Positions 9,241 to 17,890 of a stretch of 36,990 nt of DNA are shown here, piece by piece. The notes below the pieces were generated by a model that searched no databases, was not told the origin of the DNA, and saw only the letters and a list, made by a program, of their open reading frames with translations. The translations under genes were made by a program, and so were the position numbers. The stretch lies in the NCBI GenBank assembly GCA_963515435.1, contig CAUPYF010000001.1, positions 1-36,990 of the forward strand. The letters are read 5' to 3'. The DNA is from an uncultured Tannerella sp. GTDB lineage: Bacteria; Bacteroidota; Bacteroidia; Bacteroidales; Tannerellaceae. The stretch's first letter is position 1. Every line of letters starts with the position of its first letter.

Positions 9241-10371
9241 TCACGCAAACAGCCCGCTGATGATGCCGTCAGAGACGAAGAAGGCAGGCTCAGTAAGGCG
9301 CACCGTGTCGGCGTCCGTATGGATGAGGTGTCCGGAGGCAAGGAAAGGCGCGGCATGGCGGAGGAAGTGAGCCGCACGATGCTCGCCAAACGCCTCCCGA
9401 ATGAGGGACAGCTGCACGCCCCACATCGTGCGGAGCCGCGTCATGATGTATTCATTGTAACGCATATCGTCGTCCGCCATCTCTTGCTCGTAAAGCGGCT
9501 TTCCGGAGATCACGCCCTCCATATAGCGCCGCAGCGACTCCACGTTCCACCGTCGCGACTGTCCGTCGTACGAGTGTGCTGAAGGGCCGATGCCGAGGTA
9601 TTTCGCACCCGTCCAGTAGGCCGTGTTGTGTCGCGCGAACATCCCCGGGCGGCAGAAGTTCGACACCTCGTAATGCACAAATCCTGCCGTGGCTGCGCGT
9701 TCGGTCAGCAGTTCGTAAAGGCGGACGCTCGTAGCCTCGTTCACGGGGTGGATGTCACCCTGCCGGAGCATTTGCCCGAGGCGCGTGCCCTCTTCGTAAG
9801 TCAAATGGTAAGCCGAGAGGTGTGTCACGCCGAGACCGAAGGCCACCTCAAGGTTGCGTGCCCAAGCCTCCGGAGTCTGGCCGGGCAGGCCGTAGATCAG
9901 GTCGATACTGAGGTTCGTAAAGCCCGCATCACGACATTGGCGGACGGCCTCAATGGCTCCGGCAGCGTTGTGCCTGCGGTTCAGGAAGCGCAGGTCGGCA
10001 TCGCTGAAGCTCTGCACACCTATACTGATGCGGTTGAAGGGCATATGGGGATGGAGGTCGTGGAGGTAGGCGCCAGTGATGTCGTCCGGGTTTGCTTCAA
10101 GTGTGATCTCATGGCAATTGGAGGTGTCGTAGTGTCGTTCGATGGTGCGAAAGATAGACGCGAAGTCGTCGGCGCGAAGTTGCGAGGGTGTCCCGCCGCC
10201 GAAATAGATGGTCTCCACCGCTTCGCCGCTGAGCTCGTCTACCCGTTCCTCCAACTCATGCTGGGCCGCGCGGAGATAGGCTGCCTTGTATGCCTCATCG
10301 GTTTGGGAATAGAAGTCACAGTAGATGCAGCGCTGCGTGCAGAAAGGAACGTGTAGGTATATGCCGGCCAT
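9241..10371 (-). CDS. hemW: Radical SAM heme chaperone HemW (HemN-like)
   Basis: GIYLHVPFCTQRCIYCDF (CxxxCxxC), YFGGGTPS, YEVSNF, HNTAYW. Confidence 0.93.
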   Translation of the reverse strand: MAGIYLHVPFCTQRCIYCDFYSQTDEAYKAAYLRAAQHELEERVDELSGEAVETIYFGGGTPSQLRADDFASIFRTIERHYDTSNCHEITLEANPDDITGAYLHDLHPHMPFNRISIGVQSFSDADLRFLNRRHNAAGAIEAVRQCRDAGFTNLSIDLIYGLPGQTPEAWARNLEVAFGLGVTHLSAYHLTYEEGTRLGQMLRQGDIHPVNEATSVRLYELLTERAATAGFVHYEVSNFCRPGMFARHNTAYWTGAKYLGIGPSAHSYDGQSRRWNVESLRRYMEGVISGKPLYEQEMADDDMRYNEYIMTRLRTMWGVQLSLIREAFGEHRAAHFLRHAAPFLASGHLIHTDADTVRLTEPAFFVSDGIISGLFA

Positions 10372-10468
10372 GATATGAGGGCGGATAGGCGAAAGTATGC
10401 CTTATCAACAGCCTTAAAGGTCCACTCTTCGTGCTCTCCAACGAGGTGTTGTCGGCGTGGGAATATGG

Positions 10469-11116
10469 CTATTTGATCCCTGCCTGCAGGATTTCGATCA
10501 GGATCGGCTTAGCGCCTCCCACAAAACACTCTACGGCGATCACCATCAGTATCAATCCCATGAGCCGCATCATGACGTTGTTGCCCGTTTCGCCCAAGTA
10601 GCGCACTATACGGGTGGAGAAACCCAAGATGAGGTAGGCGAAGAGGTAGATGAAGGCAATTACGGCGATGAGCACACCCTTCATTTCGAGCGTGTGGGTG
10701 TCTTGCATGAGCACGATGGCGTTGGCTATAGCACCCGGGCCGCATAACATGGGAATGGCCAGTGGAGTGATCGAGATGTCGTTGGCGTAGGTCTTGATTT
10801 CCTCCTGCTTCAGGCGCAGCGAGGTGTAGCGCGCCTGTAGCATGTCGAACCCGATCTTGAAGATGATGACGCCGCCGGCGATGCGGAAACCGTTTGTGGA
10901 GATACCGAAGAATTTGAAGAGAAATTGGCCGGAAAAGACAAACACCATGAGTGTGATGAAGGCCACAATGGTGGCGCGGCGGACGATGGCACGGCGCTGG
11001 CGCTCGTCCATGTCGTTCGTCATCGTTAGGAATACGGGCATTGTGCCCAGCGGGTTGGTCAGTGTGAAGAATGAGGTAAAGCAGAGTAGAGCAAAGGAAA
11101 TCAGTGAGGTATCCAT
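10469..11116 (-). CDS. MarC-family inner-membrane protein
   Basis: NPLGTMPVF, FRIAGG, TPLAIPMLCGPGAI, RLMGLIL; start taken at ATG 11116. Confidence 0.92.
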   Translation of the reverse strand: MDTSLISFALLCFTSFFTLTNPLGTMPVFLTMTNDMDERQRRAIVRRATIVAFITLMVFVFSGQFLFKFFGISTNGFRIAGGVIIFKIGFDMLQARYTSLRLKQEEIKTYANDISITPLAIPMLCGPGAIANAIVLMQDTHTLEMKGVLIAVIAFIYLFAYLILGFSTRIVRYLGETGNNVMMRLMGLILMVIAVECFVGGAKPILIEILQAGIK

Positions 11117-11214
11117 AATGAGATTGTTTGAGAATTGGATAAGAATCAAGCGCTCCGTTCGGAGATGTTAGCTGGCCTCAAGGCGATAGGCATTGAGAAT
11201 CCATCAGGGCACTG

Positions 11215-11255
11215 AAAAAACAAAGGCCTTACAAATTGTTTTGTAAAGCCTCTGT
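11215..11255 (-). terminator. Intrinsic terminator downstream of the tRNA pair
   Basis: Minus strand ACAGAGGCTTTACAAA-loop-TTTGTAAGGCCTTTGT followed by a T run. Confidence 0.75.
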
Positions 11256-11277
11256 CTTCTGAATTGTTTAAAAAAAG

Positions 11278-11350
11278 AGCGGAAGACGGGGCTCAAACCC
11301 GCGACCCTCAGCTTGGAAGGCTAATGCTCTATCAACTGAGCTACTTCCGC
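11278..11350 (-). tRNA. tRNA-Gly(TCC)
   Basis: GCGGAAG/CTTCCGC acceptor stem, anticodon loop CTTCCAA, U discriminator, 73 nt, CCA not encoded. Confidence 0.95.
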
Positions 11351-11388
11351 ATGGTTGCATTGTGACAATTTTTCATCTCCGAATGGAG

Positions 11389-11471
11389 TGGGCAGTGATG
11401 GATTCGAACCACCGAAGGCGTAAGCCAGCAGATTTACAGTCTGCCCCATTTGGCCACTCTGGTAACTGCCC
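11389..11471 (-). tRNA. tRNA-Tyr(GTA)
   Basis: GGGCAGT/ACTGCCC acceptor stem, anticodon loop CTGTAAA, long variable arm, GGTTCGAATCC T arm, 83 nt. Confidence 0.96.
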
Positions 11472-11489
11472 TTTCTGTTGAATGCGGCG

Positions 11490-11497
11490 CAAAGATA
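11490..11497 (-). promoter_or_regulatory. Bacteroidota -7 promoter element (TATCTTTG) for the tRNA pair
   Basis: Matches TAnnTTTG just upstream of tRNA-Tyr. Confidence 0.75.
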
Positions 11498-11500
11498 GAC

Positions 11501-12004
11501 CTATTTTCCTGCCGTGCAAATTCTGTTTGCGAAATCGACCATCTTAATAGCGGTTACAGCAGCCTCATCGCCTTTGTTCCCGTAACGGCCTCCACAACGA
11601 TCCTCGGCTTGTTTTAGGTTCTCTGTTGTGAGCATGCCAAAGATGAAGGGGATGTCACCGGTGAGGTTCAACTCAGTGACACCCTGTGTCACGGCGGAAC
11701 AGACGTAGTCAAAGTGTGGTGTATCACCCCGAATGACGCACCCGATGACGATCACGGCGTCTACATCCCACATCTCGGCCATCATCTTGGCGCCGAAAGT
11801 CAGCTCAAAGCTGCCAGGCACACGTTCAATGTGGATATTTTCCTGCTTGGCGCCGTGGCGCTCCAGCGTGTTGCAGGCACCTTCCAAGAGCTTTTCGGTG
11901 ACGTTTTGATTCCATTCTGAAGCTACGATACCGAAGCACATTTCGGAGGCATTTGGGACGGCGTCGAAGTCGTATTCCGATAAGTTGTGATAGATAGTTG
12001 CCAT
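11501..12004 (-). CDS. ribH: 6,7-dimethyl-8-ribityllumazine synthase
   Basis: [34 protein letters not shown]. Confidence 0.97.
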   Translation of the reverse strand: MATIYHNLSEYDFDAVPNASEMCFGIVASEWNQNVTEKLLEGACNTLERHGAKQENIHIERVPGSFELTFGAKMMAEMWDVDAVIVIGCVIRGDTPHFDYVCSAVTQGVTELNLTGDIPFIFGMLTTENLKQAEDRCGGRYGNKGDEAAVTAIKMVDFANRICTAGK

Positions 12005-12016
12005 TTTGTTTTTGTC

Positions 12017-12709
12017 TTAATTCGATTGGGCTAGGAGCTTGACGCGAGTGATGTACTTGTCGATGTCCGTCGCCTCCATAGAGAGGTTGTATTTGTCGCG
12101 GATGGTTTCGTAAGCTTTCAGAGCGTCTGCGTACTGCTTCATGGACTCGTAGGCGAGACCAGCTTTCTTCAGGTAGATAGGGCTGATCAGGTCGTTGTCG
12201 GCTTTTGATGCTGCCTTCTCAAAGTAACTGATGCCCTCTTTCGTGCGTCCGGTGCTGACGTAGCAATCACCGATCAATCCGATGATGGTAGGAGCGATTT
12301 GCGCATCGTCGCCCTTATACGCTTTCAGTCGTTGGATGGCTTTTTCGGGATCACCGAGGTGATAGTAGCAAATGCCAGCGTAGGCTTTAGCCAAGTTGCC
12401 GCTTTTGGTGCCGCCGTAGCGATCGATGATGGCCTCGAAGCCGTCGTAGTCGACGCCGTTACCGTTCAGCGCCAACGCAAAGGAGTCTATCGCCAAATAT
12501 TGCTCGCCTTTAAACATGGCCAACTTAGCTTTTTCGGCTTGCGGTTTGGCGTAGAGGTAGTGGTAGGCCAAAATGAGACCAATCACCACGGCAACGGCCG
12601 ACACGCCGGCAATGATTTTCTTCTTATGCTTTTCGATGAACTCTTCCGATCGGGAAACGATTTCTCCCACTTCTATTTCCTTCTCTTCGTTTGTTGTTTT
12701 TTTCGCCAT
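12017..12709 (-). CDS. Membrane-anchored TPR protein (YfgM-like)
   Basis: N-terminal TM helix, TPR repeats (AKAYAGICYYHLG, YLKKAGLAYE), between recF and ribH. Confidence 0.85.
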   Translation of the reverse strand: MAKKTTNEEKEIEVGEIVSRSEEFIEKHKKKIIAGVSAVAVVIGLILAYHYLYAKPQAEKAKLAMFKGEQYLAIDSFALALNGNGVDYDGFEAIIDRYGGTKSGNLAKAYAGICYYHLGDPEKAIQRLKAYKGDDAQIAPTIIGLIGDCYVSTGRTKEGISYFEKAASKADNDLISPIYLKKAGLAYESMKQYADALKAYETIRDKYNLSMEATDIDKYITRVKLLAQSN

Positions 12710-12766
12710 AACGATCTTTTTTCTTTCTGTTTACTGTTCGTTTTTTGCTCTTTGAAATTCAAGGCG

Positions 12767-12774
12767 CAAAAGTA
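12767..12774 (-). promoter_or_regulatory. -7 element (TACTTTTG) for TPR-ribH
   Basis: TAnnTTTG match upstream of the TPR start. Confidence 0.65.
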
Positions 12775-12886
12775 ATTTTTTACCCGAAAGGTCTACTTTC
12801 GTCTATCCACAATTTATTTGAGACGTTTGCATATCATCAGATCTGCAAAGCCCCCTTGCGACACAAGAGCCTTTTGCAATGCTCTC

Positions 12887-12894
12887 TATTTTTG
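12887..12894 (+). promoter_or_regulatory. -7 element (TATTTTTG) for recF
   Basis: TAnnTTTG match about 45 nt upstream of ATG 12940. Confidence 0.55.
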
Positions 12895-12939
12895 CCCCGC
12901 GCTCCGTGTGCATCATGCGCTTCATCCCCTTTTTATAAT

Positions 12940-14046
12940 ATGATATTGAACAAACTCTCCGTCCTGAACTATAAAAATATCCGTCAGGCTGACATCGACT
13001 GCTCGCCGAAGATCAATTGCTTCTTCGGCAACAACGGCATGGGAAAAACCAACCTGCTCGATGCCATCTATTACCTCTCCTTCTGCAAGAGTCACGTCTA
13101 CACTACCGAGGAGCGGCTCCTCAGGCGTGGAGAATCGCTTTGCGTACTGCAAGGCGAATACCTCTTTGGCGACCGTACGGAGGCCATCTTCTGCTCCATC
13201 CCGCGTGGGCAACGCAAACAATTCAAGCGTAACCAGAAGCCTTATCCCCGGCTGTCGGATCACATCGGGCTCTTGCCATTGGTAATGATCTCACCATCGG
13301 ACGCAGAGCTGATTCGCGGGGGAAGCGATGAGCGGAGGCGGTGGATGGACATGATCCTTTCGCAATACGACGGCGCTGCCATGCATGCACTGATCCGTTA
13401 CAACAAGGCGCTTCAGCAGCGTAACCGCATGCTCCGTGAACAGCAGACGGACACGGCGCTCTATGAGGCACTCGAAATACAGCTCGCGCAGCACGGCCGA
13501 CTGATCTTCGATGTCCGCACACGTCTCATCGAGGAGTTCCTGCCCTTCTTCAACGAATACTATCGGGCCATCGGGCGGGATGACGAGGCGGTGGGGCTGC
13601 GCTACGTGTCGCAGTTGCAAACGGTCGACATCGAGGAGGAGCTGGCACGCAATCGCGAACGCGAACTCCGAGAGGTGGGCTACACCACCACGGGCATCCA
13701 CAAGGATGACTTGGAGATGACCCTCGATAGCCTGCCGATGCGCCATCTCGGTTCGCAGGGGCAGAACAAGACATGCCTCGTGGCACTCAAGCTCGCGCAG
13801 TTCACCTTCCTCGCCGCCAAGAGCTCCACCATGCCCATATTACTGCTCGATGATATTTTCGACAAGTTAGATACCACACGCGTGGAACGCATCGTCCAGC
13901 TCGTTGGGGAGGAGCGCTTCGGACAGATCTTCATCACGGATACCAACCGTAATTACTTGGATAGCATCCTAGAATCGGTACGCAAGGAATACGCCATGTT
14001 CCACGTTGACCACGGGACGGTGATGGCGATGGAGGGCAGCCGATGA
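12940..14046 (+). CDS. recF: DNA replication/repair protein RecF
   Basis: MILNKLSVLNYKN start, GNNGMGKTN Walker A, GSQGQNK, ILLLDDIFDKLD; start moved to ATG 12940. Confidence 0.96.
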   Translation: MILNKLSVLNYKNIRQADIDCSPKINCFFGNNGMGKTNLLDAIYYLSFCKSHVYTTEERLLRRGESLCVLQGEYLFGDRTEAIFCSIPRGQRKQFKRNQKPYPRLSDHIGLLPLVMISPSDAELIRGGSDERRRWMDMILSQYDGAAMHALIRYNKALQQRNRMLREQQTDTALYEALEIQLAQHGRLIFDVRTRLIEEFLPFFNEYYRAIGRDDEAVGLRYVSQLQTVDIEEELARNRERELREVGYTTTGIHKDDLEMTLDSLPMRHLGSQGQNKTCLVALKLAQFTFLAAKSSTMPILLLDDIFDKLDTTRVERIVQLVGEERFGQIFITDTNRNYLDSILESVRKEYAMFHVDHGTVMAMEGSR

Positions 14047-14336
14047 AACGCATCAACGCCCAATCCATCGGCGAGATTCTCCGTGAGTTTTTTGCTCAAA
14101 ACCCAGAGATCGGTCGTCGATTGGCTGAGGTGCGCCTCGTCAAGGCCTGGCGCGAAGTGCTCGGCCCCGGCGTGACGAAAGAGACGCGCCACATCTACGT
14201 GCATGAAGGTACACTCCACGTCGTACTCAATTCTGCCGTCTTGCGCAGCGAACTGATGATGTGGCGCGACCGCCTTGTCCGCACCCTCAACGAGCGAGCT
14301 GGCGCTGACGTGATCTGCGAGATCCGTTTCCGATAA
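14043..14336 (+). CDS. DUF721 / DciA-family protein
   Basis: Overlaps the recF stop; WREVLG, GTLHVVLNSAVLRSEL motifs. Confidence 0.87.
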   Translation: MKRINAQSIGEILREFFAQNPEIGRRLAEVRLVKAWREVLGPGVTKETRHIYVHEGTLHVVLNSAVLRSELMMWRDRLVRTLNERAGADVICEIRFR

Positions 14337-14356
14337 TCCCCCGATATATACACAAC

Positions 14357-14403
14357 GCCGGCTGCCCCACGCGCGACAAACGCGGAAGGCAGCCGGCATT
14401 TTA
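14357..14403 (+). terminator. Intrinsic terminator between convergent genes
   Basis: GCCGGCTGCC...GGCAGCCGGC stem followed by ATTTT. Confidence 0.65.
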
Positions 14404-14420
14404 TGACCTCGAAAACGAGG

Positions 14421-15380
14421 TCAGTTCACGCGGTCGATCTTCCGATCTCCCCGCAGGAAACCGATGACGTTGTTGCAGAGCTCGTGCACCATTTCCACGC
14501 GCGAGTCGTACGTCTGGGTGCCGATGTGCGGCGTAAGCGTGACGTTATCTAACGCGAACAGCTCCGGCGACGGCACATCGTTCTGCTCAAACACATCCAG
14601 ACCCGCGGACGCTATCCGTCCCTCCTTCAGTGCCTGAACCAGCGCCTGTTCGTCGACCACAGCCCCGCGCGCCGTGTTGATAAGGATCGCCGTCGGCTTC
14701 ATCATCGCCAGCTCCCGGGCGCCGATTAGGTAACGCGTCTCGGGCGTCAGGGGCGTGTGCAGCGAAAGCACATCGGCGCGGCGGATCAGGTCGTCCTTGT
14801 CTGCATACGCGATGCCCCGCTCGCGCTCCTCGGCCTCGCTGAAGCGGGTGCGCTTGTTGTAGAGCACCGTCATGCCGAACGCCCGGCAGCGCCGCGCCAC
14901 CGCCGCGCCGATGTTGCCATAACCTAAGATACCTAAGGTCTTGCCATAGAGATTGACCCCGAGTCGGCAGAGGCGTCCACGCTCGATGGCGCCTCGGTCA
15001 CGGCGGAAAGTGCGATCCCACTCCGCGATGCGCCGCGAGCAGCTCAGCAGCAGCGCCAGCGCCAGGTCGGCCGTGGGTTCGATGACCGACCGCGGCGTGT
15101 TCGTCACCACGATGCCTTTCTCGGCCGCGTAGGCTGTGTCGATGTTGTTGTAGCCGACGGCGTAGTTCGCGATGAGCTTGAGCGAGCGGCCGCAGTCGAT
15201 CAGGTCGCGGCCGACGGGGATGTCGAAGACGGCGCAGAGCACATCGCAATCGCCGATGCGTTCAGCGATCTCGGTCTGCGTAAAGTCGCGCCCATGGGGC
15301 GGGAAAATCACTTCGTGTTCAGTGGTAAGCGCCTCGAAACCTTCGCTTACCGTGTCGAATGCCACTAAAATCTTTGCCAT
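14421..15380 (-). CDS. D-isomer-specific 2-hydroxyacid dehydrogenase (glyoxylate reductase-like)
   Basis: AVGYNNID, GILGYGNIG Rossmann motif, INTARGAVVDE, GLDVFE, TPHIG. Confidence 0.93.
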   Translation of the reverse strand: MAKILVAFDTVSEGFEALTTEHEVIFPPHGRDFTQTEIAERIGDCDVLCAVFDIPVGRDLIDCGRSLKLIANYAVGYNNIDTAYAAEKGIVVTNTPRSVIEPTADLALALLLSCSRRIAEWDRTFRRDRGAIERGRLCRLGVNLYGKTLGILGYGNIGAAVARRCRAFGMTVLYNKRTRFSEAEERERGIAYADKDDLIRRADVLSLHTPLTPETRYLIGARELAMMKPTAILINTARGAVVDEQALVQALKEGRIASAGLDVFEQNDVPSPELFALDNVTLTPHIGTQTYDSRVEMVHELCNNVIGFLRGDRKIDRVN

Positions 15381-15465
15381 TTTCTGTCTTGTATTTATCG
15401 GTTAAACCATCTGTCTTCTGTTCATGCACAGGGGGACGGGTGCACAGCCCCCCCCCGGGGGCATT

Positions 15466-15876
15466 TCACGGGTGCTGTTTGCGGTACTCCTGCGCGGCCC
15501 ATTGGATCACCCGCTTGGCCTGCTGCATGCCAGACTCTACCATGCCGCACCTCAGATTGCCATCGCCGATCAGCACTTTTTGCAGCGTCTCATGTGTATA
15601 AAACAGCGGCTTGGACATTTTCGGATCGCACTGCATGATTGCTTCCATAGAATCCTCAAACCTGATCTGCCGGTGCGCTTCGCGTCTTGCTTTCACCTCC
15701 AGCAGACCGTCGAGCGCGGCCCGCACGTCTTTCCATGCCTCCCTCCCCGCCATGCGCACATACTTCGGGTCGTCGTAATAGTCGCCGTCCTTGCCGGCCT
15801 TTTCGGAGAGGATTTGCCGTGAGTTCTCCAAGTAACGCTCGGCTTCTTTGATCGGATCGTCTTGCACTTTCGTCAT
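15466..15876 (-). CDS. DUF5618-family small helical protein
   Basis: EAERYLENSRQILSEKAGKDGDYYDDPKYVRMAG N-terminal motif recognised from memory. Confidence 0.7.
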   Translation of the reverse strand: MTKVQDDPIKEAERYLENSRQILSEKAGKDGDYYDDPKYVRMAGREAWKDVRAALDGLLEVKARREAHRQIRFEDSMEAIMQCDPKMSKPLFYTHETLQKVLIGDGNLRCGMVESGMQQAKRVIQWAAQEYRKQHP

Positions 15877-15905
15877 GGTTCAAACTGTTTTGAGGGAATG
15901 GCTTA

Positions 15906-15913
15906 CAAAAATA
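15906..15913 (-). promoter_or_regulatory. -7 element (TATTTTTG) for the DUF5618 gene
   Basis: TAnnTTTG match about 30 nt upstream of the start. Confidence 0.6.
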
Positions 15914-15936
15914 GGATCGTTCCGTTTTTTTCGCAC

Positions 15937-16466
15937 AAATAGCCTTGAAACTCCCCGAATTTCCCCATCGACCCGAACGATGGCCTTTATGCGACCCAAA
16001 TAAATGATGTTTTGATTGCAAACGTATTGTTAAAAATCTTTCACCGAATGTTTTTATTATATGCAATCGATCCAAAGAGTAATACTAATTGTTATATTCA
16101 TAAATATAGATAGAAAAAGAATATAGACTTCGTTTTGAATAAAAAATTAGAGTCAAAATGCTATAGATATCTTATCTATAAAGAGTACATGCTATATGAT
16201 AGTATATTCACTCTGTTCTGATCATAAACGATAAATATAAATCTATTATAAGCATACATTTGACTTAAATAGATTGTCAAAAATGTTTAACATACTGTTT
16301 TGATCATATACGATAAGTATAAGATATTTCATATGCTGTCTATAAACAAAACAGTAGGTATATACTTTTTCGATTGATGTTTATGATCGAAACGATTTCT
16401 ATTTGGGTTGCATAAAGGCCATCGGCGTGATTGATGGGGGATTCGGAGCGTGCGTAAAGCCTATTG
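15937..16466. repeat. Inverted-repeat-bounded AT-rich element containing ten 17-bp palindromic motifs at 41-bp period (MITE-like)
   Basis: IR core 15978-16002 vs 16400-16424 (24/25 match) with weaker outward extension; internal TGTTT-N7-AAACR motifs from 16008 to 16394. Confidence 0.88.
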
Positions 16467-16496
16467 CTTCGGCCGGCGGAGGCTGGGGGCGCGGGC

Positions 16497-16504
16497 TATC
16501 TTTG
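16497..16504 (+). promoter_or_regulatory. -7 element (TATCTTTG) for the Plug gene
   Basis: TAnnTTTG match about 28 nt upstream of ATG 16532. Confidence 0.7.
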
Positions 16505-16531
16505 TCGCGGATTCAAAAAGATGGATGACAG

Positions 16532-17797
16532 ATGAAAGGATGGATGACGGCCGCGATGATCGTATGCGCGGCGGCGATGAATGGGCAGACGTATGAATCA
16601 GAGGTGCGGTCGAACCGCGTGGGGGCGCTGGAGGTGCGGGCGGCTGGCGAGCGGCTGTCGGAGCCGTACATCGAGCTGAATGGGGGGCGGCAAATCGAGA
16701 TTGCGTTTGACATGCTACAGCCTGAGGCGGGCGAGCGGCTGGCGTATTCGGTGGTGCATTGCGACGCGGACGGGCAGCGGTCAGCGCTGCTGCCGATGGA
16801 GTACATGGACGGGTTCAATGGGCTTGTGATCGACGACGAGGCGCCGTCGTTCAACACCACGGTGGCGTACAGGCATTACCGGCTGAGGCTGCCCAACGAG
16901 CAGGTGCGACTGAAGGTGTCGGGGAATTACGCGGTGGAGGTATACGCGGAGGGGCATCCGGAGCGGGTGCTGCTGCGGGCGCGGTTCAGCGTGGGCGAGG
17001 GATTGGTGGGGATCAGCGGGGAGGCGACGGCGAACACGGACGTGGCGCTCAACCGCGATGTGCAGCAGGTGCATTTCACGATCGACACGAAGGCGCTGAC
17101 AGTGCATTTCCCGCAGTGGGAGCTGAAGGTGTTCGTGGAGCAAAACGGCCGGCCGGACACGCGCATCGGCGACTTGCAGCCGACATCGATTGGGGGCACG
17201 CGGTTGGGCTATGAGCATGATCGGCGGCTCATCTTCGAGGCGGGCAACGAGTATCGGCGGTTTGAGTGCCTGACGTTTCGCTACGCGGGGATGGGCGTGG
17301 AGCGGATTGGGTTCGTCAACCCGTATTACCACGTGGATTTGCGGACGGACGGGCCGCGGCGGATGTATGTCTACGATGAGGATCAGGACGGGCGCTGCTT
17401 CACGGCGTGCAGCGGCTGCGGGGAGGCCGACCGGGAGGCGGATTACGGGGTGGTGCACTTCGCGTACGCCTCGGAGCGGCTCCCCGGCGGGGAGGTCTAC
17501 TTGGTGGGCGACTTGGTGCAGAACCGTTTTGACGAACGCAGCCGGATGCGGTACAACGAGGCGTCTGGGCGCTATGAGGCGGCGCTGCTGCTGAAAGAGG
17601 GGTATTACAATTATGGCTACGTATTCGTCCCAAACGGGGAGCGGCGGGGGCGGATGCCTGCGGGGGATGAGAGCTTCTACGAGACGGAGAATGAGTACAC
17701 CATCCTCGTGTATTATCGGCCGGCGGCGGGGCGATATGATCGGCTGGTTGGGCGGCTCACGATCGGGGGGCGGGGCGTATTGCATACGCTTAGGTAG
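16532..17797 (+). CDS. Type IX secretion system Plug protein (DUF5103 family)
   Basis: Signal peptide; SFNTTVAYRHY, KVSGNY, FEAGNEYRRF, LLKEGYYNYGY, FYETENEY, RYDRLVG motifs. Confidence 0.88.
   Translation: MKGWMTAAMIVCAAAMNGQTYESEVRSNRVGALEVRAAGERLSEPYIELNGGRQIEIAFDMLQPEAGERLAYSVVHCDADGQRSALLPMEYMDGFNGLVIDDEAPSFNTTVAYRHYRLRLPNEQVRLKVSGNYAVEVYAEGHPERVLLRARFSVGEGLVGISGEATANTDVALNRDVQQVHFTIDTKALTVHFPQWELKVFVEQNGRPDTRIGDLQPTSIGGTRLGYEHDRRLIFEAGNEYRRFECLTFRYAGMGVERIGFVNPYYHVDLRTDGPRRMYVYDEDQDGRCFTACSGCGEADREADYGVVHFAYASERLPGGEVYLVGDLVQNRFDERSRMRYNEASGRYEAALLLKEGYYNYGYVFVPNGERRGRMPAGDESFYETENEYTILVYYRPAAGRYDRLVGRLTIGGRGVLHTLR
17772..17789. repeat. Partial REP copy overlapping the 3' end of the Plug gene
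   Basis: GGGGCGTATTGCATACGC matches 17/18 to the REP arm at 35209-35226. Confidence 0.7.
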
Positions 17798-17839
17798 TTA
17801 GAGGGTAGTTATGCGGCCTGAAGGCCGCGGTAGTTAGAG
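17793..17839. repeat. GGTAGTTAGAG direct repeats enclosing a GCGGCC-TGAA-GGCCGC hairpin
   Basis: 11-mer at 17793 and 17829, partial copy at 17804; hairpin 17813-17828. Confidence 0.7.
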
Positions 17840-17890
17840 CGTAGAGGAGAGCATTCAAACATCATTCAATCACCATTAATCAATAGAGAA

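Noticed and set aside
11150..11480. tRNA-anchored genomic island
   Set aside because: No integrase and no duplicated tRNA 3' end noticed; flanking genes are housekeeping
15448..15461. Phase-variable poly-C tract
   Set aside because: Intergenic, just past a stop codon and probably part of a GC hairpin; not in a reading frame or recognisable promoter spacer
16008..16394. Canonical CRISPR array or integron attC array
   Set aside because: The 17-nt repeats are too short and degenerate and occur in both orientations, the 41-nt period is below CRISPR and attC sizes, and no cas or integrase gene is present
16000..16400. Replication origin (AT-rich tract)
   Set aside because: No DnaA-box cluster seen; the only near-match noticed (CTATCCACA near 12803) is isolated and far away
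16781..17785. 334-aa antisense ORF, and similar long shadow ORFs such as 984-2012, 9628-10356, 30943-31797, 34677-35486
   Set aside because: Antisense to well-supported genes in a high-GC genome, with no recognisable motifs
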